DNA of 64,000 nt from positions 90,139,126 to 90,203,125 of the forward strand of contig NC_090377.1 of assembly GCF_036365525.1 (NCBI RefSeq), read 5' to 3'. The DNA comes from Heterodontus francisci. Taxonomy: Eukaryota. A program made the position numbers and the translations under genes. The notes beneath the pieces are model-generated. The model was not told the DNA's origin. It ran no database searches and was given only the letters and a program-made list of their open reading frames with translations. Shown here in pieces: positions 48,637 through 60,134 of the stretch. Positions within the stretch are counted from its first letter, which is position 1. Each line of letters starts with the position of its first letter.

Positions 48637-48666
48637 TCTGACAAAGAGTCATCAACTTGAAACATT

Positions 48667-49233
48667 GGGTTGGATTTGATGCAGGAGGTGGGGCTCCCGG
48701 TGCCTGGCTGAAAAGTCGCGAGGAGCACACCTCAGCATTTTTTTCTGACCCCCGGAGCGATCCTAGTTCTTTTGGGGTCAGGTTTAAGGAGGCAGGATCC
48801 CCGTCCCTTTAAACACTTAATAGGGACAGGGATCCCACCCCCGAGAGCTGCCGGCCAATCACAGGGCCAGCAGCTCATCAGTATTGGCAGAGCTACTGGG
48901 AACAGTAGCCACTGCCAGCACTGCAGAAGCCTTGGCCCCAGGCATGGTACTGGAACCCCAGAGAAGAGGTAGGTGAGGCAAGGTCGCTGGGGCCAGTCTG
49001 GAAGGCCCTGGCGAGGGGGTTAGGGAATTGCCGTTCGGTCCAGTGGGAAGGATGTCCCGGGGGATACATTTCTTCCCGGTGGGGGTCCTCCTTGGGCCAC
49101 AAATTTCCCACGAAGGAGGGACCCCCCCAAACCCGCAAGGAGGCTGCCTCATTTTCCAAGGCACCCTCCCCGTGCAACAGAGGCATCCCCCTCCCCCCCC
49201 CACCCCCACCACTGCTGCTGGTAAGATCCTAGC
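48667..49233. mobile_element. Diverged Harbinger-type MITE
   Basis: GGGTTGGATTTGAT...GTAAGATCCTAGC degenerate TIRs; internal CAGTAGCCACTG motif shared with the family. Confidence 0.6.
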
Positions 49234-49235
49234 GG

Positions 49236-49476
49236 TGTCATGAGTTCTTTGTGTTATCTTAAGCAACACAATGAGGTACATGGATTCCAGGTCATTGAAG
49301 ATCCCTGGAGGGTTTATTAACAGTTAAATTAGTATGTATAATACAGAGCAAACTATATACAGAACCTTTGCCCAGGGTGTTACAGTGCAGAGAAACTATG
49401 GCTTCTAGTCACATGACTACATGCTGGTACTTTATTCTTTAGCATATAGCGATCATACAACATCCCCTTTCTTTCC
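49236..49476 (-). mobile_element. Short (227-bp) 3' LTR with polypurine tract
   Basis: Minus strand GGAAAGAAAGGGGA directly followed by TGTTGTATG...CATGACA; AATAAA inside. Confidence 0.6.
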
Positions 49477-49513
49477 AAAGATAAGACTTGTATGTTACAA
49501 GTAAAAACACATA

Positions 49514-50258
49514 GGCCGGGATTTCACTTTGGGCAGATAGGAGCCGGTCACCGACTGAAAAGTTGGTGGCGAACACGCTTCCACCTCGCCTGGGGATCCA
49601 ACCCGCATTTTATGGGTCCCCAGGCTTTAAGTGTTCATAGGCGAGACTTCCACCTGCTTGAGGGAGGAAGTCCCTCCTCATTGAGTTGCCGGCCAAGCAG
49701 CAGGCCGGCATCTCTTAGTCCCAACAGAGCCACCGGGAGCAGTGGCCACTGTTGGGGCTGCAGCCCAGCCAAAGAGATGGTGGCGGGAAGACAGGTAGGT
49801 TTTGGTTGCCCCGCAGGGGGTAATCGGTTGGGCCCCGGCGAGGCAAGGGTGGGCGGTTGGGGGGAAGGGGGGTGTGTTGGGTGCTGAAAATAGTTGGGGT
49901 AGCGGGGGCGGCATTCAATCGGGCACCCTGCGCCCGATGAGCAGGCCCGCTTCTCCCCACTTACGGGATGCTGAGAAGCCACGATTTTCCCAGGCGACTT
50001 TTCCTGGCTCCAGGACACCCGCTTGCCATGCGTAAAATCCACGTGGAGGCGGGCAAAGGCCCTTAAGTGGCCGTTAAGTGACCACTTAAGGGCCTTGATT
50101 GGCCTGGGGCGGGTGGGCAGTTTTTCACCCCCCCCCCCCCCACCCTATGTAAAGGTAGGCGAGAGCGAGTTGGGGGAGCCTCCCGCTGCATTGTACACCA
50201 CCTGCACCCACCCCCTCCCCCGCCATCTGGCTCATTGGGGTGGCATAAAATTCTGGCC
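49514..50258. mobile_element. Harbinger-type MITE, TSD ATA
   Basis: GGCCGGGATTTCAC / ATAAAATTCTGGCC TIRs, ATA on both sides; reverse orientation relative to 21231 and 55918. Confidence 0.8.
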
Positions 50259-50279
50259 ATAATATTGTATAATATCATG

Positions 50280-50560
50280 CAGTGAGAGATGAAGAGCTGT
50301 ACTCACTGTTAATGCTCTTGTGAGGTCATTGAACCTCTCCCTACACTGAAGACAGGTGCTGGGGTTGATGCTGCTGACACTGATGCTATCAACCAGCTTT
50401 GTGCAGGCCTGCACAATTGTAGCCCTGGGGATGCTTTAACAGGTTCTGTGGAACAGTACCAAGCTTTCTTGCCCTGACCTTCTCTATGATAACATCAAGG
50501 AAGTATCAGAAAAACTAGGAACTACCCTCCAACTCATCTGTCAAATTTCCATTTGTCTTA
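50280..50560 (-). mobile_element. Harbinger Myb/SANT DNA-binding ORF relic
   Basis: PSFSDTSL..VLF and LQCRERFNDLTR match the trihelix/SANT motif QCRK(K/R)FNDL. Confidence 0.6.
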
Positions 50561-51630
50561 TTTGCAGCAGTATGAGAATGAAATTGGACTTTAGGGAATG
50601 CAACCTTGCTTTTGGAGGTGTATTACTTTCAGAATGGGTGTGACAAGGTACGATATAGGAAACTATTAGTGAAGATTAAGATTGGAGAATTTTTGGAATT
50701 AGGTGAGGGGTACCAAATTAGATTTAAAAACTGGTTAGAAATAAAGGAATAAGACTTGAGGACAGCTTTTCAGAGTAGATGGATATGAGTAGTGATGGCG
50801 GCAGTGTTCTGTCCTAAGACTGCTTCTTTTCAATATTTGCATGAATGATTTAAATATATGGCGGAGGGAATGTTGGCCACATTTGAAGATGATACTAAAA
50901 TAGGAGACAGAGTAAATAATTTTGAGGACCAAAGGAAGTTGTTAGGGAGTATTGATAAGATGGGGGAATGAGCAAAAATATGACAAATTGAATTCAATGT
51001 CAGTAGGTGCAATGTGGTACATTTTGATTTTGGAAAGTAATAATGATACTTGGAGCAGAGAGATTTGGGGTTCAGATTCACAAGACATTGGCCCAGATTG
51101 TATGGTAAGAATAATGCTGAGGCTATTAGTGCTCATCATTATTAAGAAGTAAATTGACCAGCAACTTCCAGCATCTGCATATGCACAGTTAAATGTGGAA
51201 ATCAGAAAGTTTCTGACCCGGTTGCCCTGCTCCTCCAGAAGCTACACAATATCACTATCTCGCAGAGACTCGCTATTGAAATACTTGGAAGGGTGTGAAT
51301 TTGCAGTACTTACCCAATAGATAGCCACTAAATACACACCAGTTAAAAGGTTAGGGCTTGTCCATTCAATGATAAGTGCATTTTTAATGGCGTAATAAGT
51401 TGTAATTATAGCCAAACAATCTCTCTTTTACAAGCCTGGAGTCTCATTCCTTCAGATTTAATTTATGTTTGGAGAACTTACAAAATTAAAATAATGTTTT
51501 TTACTTTTATTTTCTGTCTCTTTGTCTCTCTCGCTCTCTTAATCCTATCTTTCTTTCCCTCTTTCACTTTCAGAGTATGATGTAACATTGAATTAAATAT
51601 TCTAATATATACTTCCGGGTTTAGACTCTG

Positions 51631-53990
51631 GGGCCGTGAAATTGGATAGGGCACAGAAGTTGCCACAGAGATTGTGATGAGAGATTACACTCCGCCCGTT
51701 GCTTCAGATGCAGGCAACACTCAAACTTTGTGCTGCCTGCCAATTTAAATGATTGTGCATCTAGCTAGTCCTAAGCACGCTGTTGAGTAGCTGCATGTCT
51801 CAGCAAGGGGTGCAACTACTACTTCACTACTTGAAGCCAGCATCTACCTTTTAAGGGGAGGTGCGTTGTGGCTGAAGCAAATGCTGGTAGTCTTTATAAA
51901 AGTGATTATGAGCTGGGGAACACTCAATAATGTCATTCATCCTCCTATGACTGCCAATCCACCAGAGACCTTGCTGTTGCCTGTCAGCCATACCGAGTTA
52001 GTGCAGTCTGAAGCTGGCCCTTCTAGGCCAGAGCTGCTTAAGGTTGTCCTGCAAAGTTATCTGCAGCATGCTCCACTAAAAGTCAGCAGCCTTCCATCAG
52101 CCGTGCTGCAGGCACTGGGGTAGCACTGTGTAGGAACACTAGGACAGGCAAAGGCACATGGAAGACAGATACTAAGAGAATGCACAAGAGTGATTAGTTG
52201 ACATTTGCATGCATTATGGCATGGTTTGATTTATAAATTTGGTTTGGAATGTTTATTTTGGGGTGGCTTTTATTTTCACATTGTGGTCAAGTAGCCATTG
52301 TAATGGTCAAGTAGTTGCTGTGATGGTCAGTTATGAGGGAATGTAAGTGTGGGGCTGTTGAATGGGGGATTGGGGTTGCAGTTGAATGTGTTGATCATGG
52401 ACAGCGTGGCCAGGAAGCGGCAGTGTTGGGTGCTTCCTCCTCCTCCTCAGCTGGTTGCCGTATACCTATTGGTAAGGCTGTGCCCTCTGAAATGCTGTAG
52501 TCCAAGGGGGATGCATACTAGTGCATTCATGACTGGAAGCAAGAGGTTTATGCAGAATCCTTGAAGTCAGGACAAAATCCTTCAGCACATGCCACGCCAC
52601 TCAGTGGTGAGGTTTTGCAGCATGCAACAGACCACGATGAATCTTGGCATGCACTCTGCAGAGTACTGCAGGACTCCTCCTGAGTGGTCCAGGCAGCGGA
52701 AGTGTTGTTTAAGCATCCCAATGGTCTGCTGGATGATGTGTCATATAGTAGCATGTCTTTTGTTATCTGCATGCTGCCCACGTGTGCATGGGTTGTGTAC
52801 CAGAGTCATGAGCCATGTCAACAAAGGATATTCCTTGCCGCCCTGTAGCCACCCCCTGGTTTCTCAACTGTGGCTTAAATGCAGGTGGCAGGGCAGACTG
52901 CTGCAGAATGAAGGCACCATGACTCTTGCCAGGATACCAGGCATTGACCTGCATGATTCATTGCTTATGGTCACACCCCAGGTGGACATTAAAGGAGTGT
53001 CAGCCCTTTTGGTTGTAATATATCTCGGAATTGGCATGCGGCGTCCGCCCCAGGGAGAAGTCTGCAATCTTCATGAAGTCATGTGTCCCCTCCACCTACT
53101 TCTCTTTAAAGTGTTCTCTTGGAATATAAAGGCTCAGTGACATTCCTTATGTAACAGTGCACAGCAAACTGGGAGATGTTGCAAATATCATATGTTCTAG
53201 CCTACAAAGAGCCAGATGCATAATAATGCATGCCTGCAGTCATTGCTTCACAGCCACTGGAAGTACTGTCCTTGCTCATTTCTGGGACTGTAGTTGTGGC
53301 TGCAGTCTGTGTCAGATTTCTGTGAGGAAGTCTTTAGTGAGGGAGAGATGTCTGACACACTGATCCTCGCTGAGGTTCAGGTATGAGAATTGCTCTCTGA
53401 CTCCCTGGGCAGATATGGCCTCCTGCTGAGAACTCTGCTCCCGTTGCCTCTTCCAATAGCTTGTACTGCTCTGTGTCGCCCCCTGAAATGCTGTAGTCCA
53501 AGGGGGATGCATACTAGTGCATTCATGACTGGAAGCAAGAGGTTTGTGCAGAACCCTTGACGTCAGGACAAGATCCTTCAGCAGCACATGCCACACCATT
53601 CACTGTAAACGTTAGCGACTTTAAACGGCTCCAGAAACCACCGAGCACTTCTACACCAACAGTAGTAGAAATCAATCAGTAACCAACCTGAAAGTAGTTG
53701 ATGATCCCTCTAAATAGTGATGATGGGGTTTTCCTTCTGCTGATTAGCATGTTTAGCTGTGCCATGTTAAGAGAGGGCACTGGTTGGAGAGTTTAGCTCC
53801 AAAATGGCAGAGATTGTGTCAAATCAGCATTACATGTGGTCATTCCCTGCGTGAGCATGCTAATACCCTCACCAAAATCACTTCCATTGCAGCTCACACC
53901 AGAAGTGTGCATGCAGGCTGCAGATGTCATTCTGGATGCAAAAGGACACTTGTAGCGCCAAAAAAACAGACGCTAAGGAGTTGAATTTCT
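51631..53990 (-). mobile_element. Second degenerate Harbinger transposon (transposase on minus strand)
   Basis: Minus-strand frames give HIIQQTIGMLKQHFRCLDHSGGVLQYSAE..FIVVCCMLQNL, VNAWYPGKSHGAFIL and GGKEY; GGCCGTGAAATTGG left end. Confidence 0.75.
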
Positions 53991-54939
53991 CAATAAGGAT
54001 TCTTCAATCTGATTGGTTAAGGAGGCACACCATTGCTTCCCTTGTTCATACAGATTCCAGATTCCCTGCAGCGAGCTTGCATTGTTCTGTCTCTAATAAC
54101 CGCAAATTGAAGTGCAAACACCCACAGAAATTCTCTGGCCAAATTAAATGAATGGTGAGAGCCATTCATACACTGTCTGAACCATTAAAAGTAGCACCTC
54201 AAATGGATAAGGTAATTAAAAATTTACAAATATAAAGAAAGACTTGCACAATTGGAGCTATTTTCATCAGACCACAGGAAATTATAGAGGTGTTTAAAAT
54301 TATCAAACAATAGGACAAAGTAGATGGAATTGAACTGTTTCCAGTGGTTGAAAGGTCCAGAACAAGAATATATAGATATCAGATTAATGTAAGAGATTTA
54401 CACATAGGCTACAGAATGCATTAGTAGAGTATGGGAGTTAAGCTGAGACCATGTTGACTTTTAAGAATAGGTTAGATAGGTGATTTACAGAAAAGGGGAA
54501 TAAAAGGAATGTAGGAACAGAGTGGACAAATTGGATTAGGACTGCTGTTCATGTTGGAGATAATTCCAACGCAGATTGGGTAGGTCGAATTTCTAAGTAA
54601 TGCTTTGTAATGTAAGTAAATTTGGAACTTCTAAGTTTTTTTCGGAAGTGCTGAAAGTGTTGTGTTCATAAATTAATTATATAGCTTGGTGCACTATAAT
54701 GGAACTTGGTCTAAAATTAAAGAAGGCCTGTTCCCTGTGCATCTTCAAGTGCGGGGGATATCCTTAATAAAAAAACTCAACATAACTAAGATACAAGGTG
54801 GCAGTTCACATAGGAGGAGGCATCTTCAAAGTAAGTCAGCACTGGGAAGCATTAAATTGGAAAACTATATGCTTTTGTAGTACAATTTTAGGCATAATTT
54901 GCCACAATTTGATAAGCAAGCCAGAAACCACATGCGACT

Positions 54940-55275
54940 CGGGCGGCACAGTGGTTAGCACCGCAGCCTCACAACTCCAGCGACCCGGGTTCGGTTCTGG
55001 GTACTGCCTGTGCGGAGTTTGCAAATTCTCCCTGTGACCTCGTGGGTTTCCGCCGGGTGCTCCGGTTTCCTCCCACAGCCAAAGACTTGCAGGTTGATAG
55101 GTAAATTGGCCATTGTAAATTGCCCCGAGTGTAGGTAGGTGGTAGAAGAATGATGGGGATGTGGTAGGGAATATAGGAATAGTGTAGGATTAGTATAAAT
55201 GGGTGGTTGTTGGTCGGCACAGACTCGGTGGGCCGAAGGGCCTGTTTCAGTACTGTATCTCTATGACTATGACTA
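54940..55275 (+). mobile_element. Full-length HE1-like V-SINE
   Basis: GGGCGGCACAGTGGTTAGCAC A-box, GGGTTCGGTT B-box, V-domain, CR1 tail with (CTATGA)n. Confidence 0.9.
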
Positions 55276-55917
55276 TGATTTAGACACATATTTCCACGTA
55301 CACTTCACGTAGTTTGGGATAATTTACAGGTGAATTATACTTTGGTCTATCAAAAAGCTAATCACAGTATTAACTTTAGATGTTTACAGTCTGCTTCTGC
55401 ATCGCTAGATCAGTATATTATTAATATTTTTATGTTTCACTTATTATGGTAGAGAGGTAGGTTGAAACAGGGGTCAAAATACACAAGCCTTAGGTCACCA
55501 AAATATTATTTAGTCTCCAAAACTTTAAGTATGAAAGTTAAGCCGATTTTTCACCATGTCCAATCTCCTTTCCACTGAAATTCACACAATAATAGTTCAA
55601 ACTCTATTTGGAGACTCATTTCCTAGTCTCACTGTCACTTTTAATTTGTTTGAAATTTAAAACCTTGACAATGCTTTCCAAGTCAATGGAAAATAAAAAC
55701 AGATGCAGTGAAAAATTGGCTACAGATTCGCTACAAGCCTGTTTTGTGCTGCTGGCGTAGACAAATTTTGCCCCTTCAATTTCAGCCTGATAAAAATGTG
55801 CTTGAGGAAAGTTGATTTTCTTTTTTATGACTCCCCATATGCACCAGTGCCAGAGTTTTATGGAAAGAAAAATGAATAAAGACCCATAATGACAGATTTC
55901 TGCTCCATTTACACATC

Positions 55918-56596
55918 GGGATGAATTTTACGCTGCCCCAGTGGGTAGGATGGTGGCGTGGGGGCGGATGGGGGCGGCGTAAAATTGAGTGGGAGGCTCC
56001 GGGAGGCCTTCCTGCCCCGCTCCCACTTCTGGCCAACTTTACGGCGGTTGGGTGGTGGGAGGAACGGTCCACCCGCCCGAGGTAAGAGCCCTTGCCCGCC
56101 TCCACGGGTATTTTACCTGTGGCAAGCAAGCGTGCTGAGGGCGTGAAAGGCCGCCCAGCGATAGCTGCTAGTTCTTCCGCATGCCAGGGGGGGTGCCATG
56201 GCAGTCAGGCACAGGGTGCCCGATTGAGAGCTGCTCCTGCCTCCCAACCCACCCCCTGGGACCCAAGATGCCCCCCTCCCCCCCAAACGACCCCCCCCTA
56301 GCCTCACCAGGGAAGGACTGATCCCCATGGTGAGGCATGCCCAACTTACCTTCACTCCTGGCTCCATGTCGTTGGCTGGGCTGCAGTCCCAGCAGTGGCC
56401 ACTGCTCCCGCTGATTGGCCGGCAGCTCACTGAGGTGGGACTTCCTCCCTCAAGTGGGTGGAAGTCCTGCCTCGGGACAATTAAAGCCGGGGGACCCGTA
56501 AAATGCGGGACGGATCCCCGGGCTAGGTGGAAACGGGTTCGCCCCCGCTTGAACATCAGTGGCAAATTCCTGTCCGCCTAAGGTAAAATCCAGCCC
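55918..56596. mobile_element. Harbinger-type MITE, TSD ATC
   Basis: GGGATGAATTTTAC / GTAAAATCCAGCCC TIRs; ATC at 55915-55917 and 56597-56599. Confidence 0.85.
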
Positions 56597-56737
56597 ATCA
56601 TGTGCATTCATGACAGGCCAGGGATCTGACACAGAAAGCTTCCACTTTAATAGACAGGCTGATGCACAGATACATGTGAAGGCCTAGTTAATCATTATGC
56701 TGGATGGTTCTTCAGAAGCACCTCAATAATAACATCT

Positions 56738-57965
56738 CATGGTGGCTCCTCATCAGAGCCCTTTCCTATCCTGAGTGGTGTGAAACAGGGCTGTGTTCTC
56801 GCACCCACACTTTTTGGGATTTTCTTCTCCCTGCTGCTTTCACATGCGTTCAAATCCTCTGAAGAAGGAATTTTCCTCCACACAAGATCAGGGGGCAGGT
56901 TGTTCAACCTTGCCCGTCTAAGAGCGAAGTCCAAAGTACGGAAAGTCCTCATCAGAGAACTCCTCTTTGCTGACGATGCTGCTTTAACATCTCACACTGA
57001 AGAATGCCTGCAGAGTCTCATCGACAGGTTTGCGTCTGCCTGCAATGAATTTGGCCTAACCATCAGCCTCAAGAAAACGAACATCATGGGGCAGGATGTC
57101 AGAAATGCTCCATCCATCAATATTGGCGACCACGCTCTGGAAGTGGTTCAAGAGTTCACCTACCTAGGCTCAACTATCACCAGTAACCTGTCTCTAGATG
57201 CAGAAATCAACAAGCGCATGGGTAAGGCTTCCACTGCTATGTCCAGACTGGCCAAGAGAGTGTGGGAAAATGGCGCACTGACACGGAACACAAAAGTCCG
57301 AGTGTATCAGGCCTGTGTCCTCAGTACCTTGCTCTACGGCAGCGAGGCCTGGACAACGTATGCCAGCCAAGAGCGACGTCTCAATTCATTCCATCTTCGC
57401 TGCCTTCGGAGAATACTTGGCATCAGGTGGCAGGACTATATCTCCAACACAGAAGTCCTTGAAGCGGCCAACATCCCCAGCTTATACACACTACTGAGTC
57501 AGCGGCGCTTGAGATGGCTTGGCCATGTGAGCCGCATGGAAGATGGCAGGATCCCCAAAGACACATTGTACAGCGAGCTCGCCACTGGTATCAGACCCAC
57601 CGGCCGTCCATGTCTCCGTTATAAAGACGTCTGCAAACGCGACATGAAATCGTGTGACATTGATCACAAGTCGTGGGAGTCAGTTGCCAGCATTCGCCAG
57701 AGCTGGCGGGCAGCCATAAAGACAGGGCTAAATTGTGGCGAGTCGAAGAGACTTAGTAGTTGGCAGGAAAAAAGACAGAGGCGCAAGGGGAGAGCCAACT
57801 GTGCAACAGCCCCAACAAACAAATTTCTCTGCAGCACCTGTGGAAGAGCCTGTCACTCCAGAATTGGCCTTTATAGCCACTCCAGGCGCTGCTTCACAAA
57901 CCACTGACCACCTCCAGGCGCGTATCCATTGTCTCTCGAGATAAGGAGGCCCAAAAGAAGAAAGA
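56738..57965 (+). mobile_element. Young 5'-truncated RTE-clade LINE with uninterrupted RT C-terminal ORF (56780-57907)
   Basis: GVKQGCVLAPTLF, LFADDAA, FTYLGS, C-terminal zinc-finger motif, short 3' UTR with (AAG)n-like tail. Confidence 0.93.
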
Positions 57966-58344
57966 AATGCTTTACTTAGTACGAAATGATGGAAGGCATG
58001 CCAAGGTGGTCATTGGCTAGCAAAGTTTGATTGATCACATCAACCAATGTGCCGAAAAACATTTTCAGGCATTGTTGCTCCTATTGGACAAAACTGCAGA
58101 GTTTGAGGATGGAATTTTAAACTGATAGTCCCTCGCCAATGGCAGGACCATTAGCAGGTCAGGAAGAAATTTCCATGGCTTTGCTGTAGCTCTTTAACTG
58201 GGCCATGGCATTAGCATCCCATTTCCAGGTTCCTTGACCAATCAGAGAGGAGTAGGTGGGATGATACGCTGCATCTGTCAAAGGAAAGATTTCTAATTAA
58301 AGGGGCCCTGGTATATATTTTGGTAGGAAGAAAGAGAACAGTCA

Positions 58345-58820
58345 ATATAAAATAAAGGATACAATCCTAAAGGGAGTGCGGGAACAGAGAGACCTGGGTG
58401 TAAGTGCACAAATCATTGAAGGTGGCAGGCAGCTTGAGGAAGTTGTTAATAAGGCATACCGGATCCTGGGCTTTATAACTAGAGGTATAGAGTACAAAGG
58501 CAAGCAAATTATGGGTGAACAATTATAAACTACTGGTTTGGCTTCAACTGGAGTATTGTGTCCAATTCTGGGCACCATACTTTAGGAAAGATGTGAAGGC
58601 ATTAGAGAGGGTGCAGAAAAGGTATATAAGAATGCGTCCAGTGATGAAGGACTTCAGTTACATGGATAGAATAGAGAAGCTGGGTTGCTATCCTTAGAGA
58701 AGAGAAGATGGATAGGAAATTTGATAGAGGTGTTCAAAGTCATGAGGGGTAATTAGGGATGGGCAATAAATGCTTGCCTTGCCTGCGATGCTCACAACCC
58801 AAGAATGAATTAAAAAAAAG
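58345..58820 (+). mobile_element. CR1 fragment followed by a LINE/SINE 3' tail
   Basis: [25 protein letters not shown]; the tail GGGCAATAAATGCT..GAATGAATTAAAAAAA also occurs on minus at about 48115-48330 and 60645-60910. Confidence 0.75.
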
Positions 58821-59585
58821 GTATGATCTGACTCGAGCACTATAAAGTTCTGGGTTAGTGACTGGAACCCCAATGCTTAAGAGCACAGGTGAACCATATG
58901 AATTTTATGAAACATGCAATATGGATCTATTTCCACATCAACAAATTAAAGTCTCGAATGAAAGAACTCATAATCTTATACAGTTGTATGTAATATTGTC
59001 AAGGGCATAGAAAAAGTTAATCTGGAATATTATTTTAGGTTAAATTCTTGAAAGTAAATAAAAGAATTCAGGTTTAAACTAGAGAAGGGTACTTTTAGAA
59101 CAGATAACAGTAAATTCTTCACACAGAGTGATCAATATATGGAACTAAATTCCTGATAGAGCAGTGAAGGCAAAGATCCTGGAACCATTTAAGAAGCAAC
59201 TAGATGTTGCAATGGGGGTCACATGAGGATATGTCTAAATTGATAAATTAAGATGAGCTGAAAGGCCTTCCTCATCTTATTGTCATTTGCTCTTATGATC
59301 CTCATGGTTAAGCACTCAGTTTGGCAGTTTGAGTGCACAAATCATCTGTGACTATTGCAAAATTAAATAGCTTAAAATAGTATGAGGAACAGTTTTTTTA
59401 ATTGATGGAGGTTACTTATGAAAATAATCATCTTTAATGTCTTCTAACAATATGAGGAATATTTAATTTGCAGGACAGCTATGTGCACTGCAACATTAAA
59501 TGCAGCATTGTCTCACAATCACCAGTTGCATAATGTGATTGAAGTACTATCTCCTCTTTACAATATCTCACCTTTTTCTTGCTAG

Positions 59586-59749
59586 ATGACAAGTTAAAAA
59601 CTGAGCGTGAGTTGCCACCTCTTCTTCTAGGCCCAGACTTCAAATGTAAGCATTTCCTGTATGAAACGAATGAGTACTTCCATTTGCATGGTGGAATTGA
59701 ATTTGACATAGGAACTCCTGCACTTGAGGATGTGCCTGAACATATTAAG
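59586..59749 (+). CDS. ANKAR: ANKAR coding exon 3 (gene continues beyond the window)
   Basis: TTGCTAG|AT acceptor, AAG|GTATTC donor; DKLKTERELPP..FHLHGGIEFDI. Confidence 0.92.
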
Positions 59750-59859
59750 GTATTCTTGTAGCTGTACATCCATCGCTGTAACTGAATTGTCTTTTGCCTG
59801 AGCAGAGAAAAATTTGAAACACAAGTAAACATGATTCTAAAATGAAGTGCACAAATCAG

Positions 59860-60090
59860 TTCTTATAGTTCAGTGGGTAAATGCAGCATGTGGTTTGATA
59901 CCAAGCCATAGAAGATTAAGATTGTCCTATGTTCAATCGCTAATTTGTGCTAACTTAGTTGCTCCCAGCTGATGAACATTGTTGGTGGTGAGGGAGGGAA
60001 AAATTATCCAGGATCCCAATCTCAATTGCTATTAACTGGTCCACACTCTGATTATGTATTCTGTAGTTATCAGATGAGGACACGATTCAC
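59860..60090 (+). mobile_element. LF-SINE-like relic
   Basis: TAGTTCAGTGGGTAAATGCAGCATGTGGTTTGATACCAAGCCATAGA..GTTCAATC tRNA-like head as in LF-SINE. Confidence 0.55.
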
Positions 60091-60134
60091 TTCGATCATC
60101 TTGTTTTAAATTTAAATTTTAGCCTTTTCTGTTT

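Noticed and set aside
52589-53140. 183-aa plus-strand ORF
   Set aside because: Antisense to the decayed Harbinger transposase, with no independent coding signal.
54940-55010. tRNA-like A and B boxes
   Set aside because: This is the SINE head with no complete cloverleaf; not a tRNA gene.
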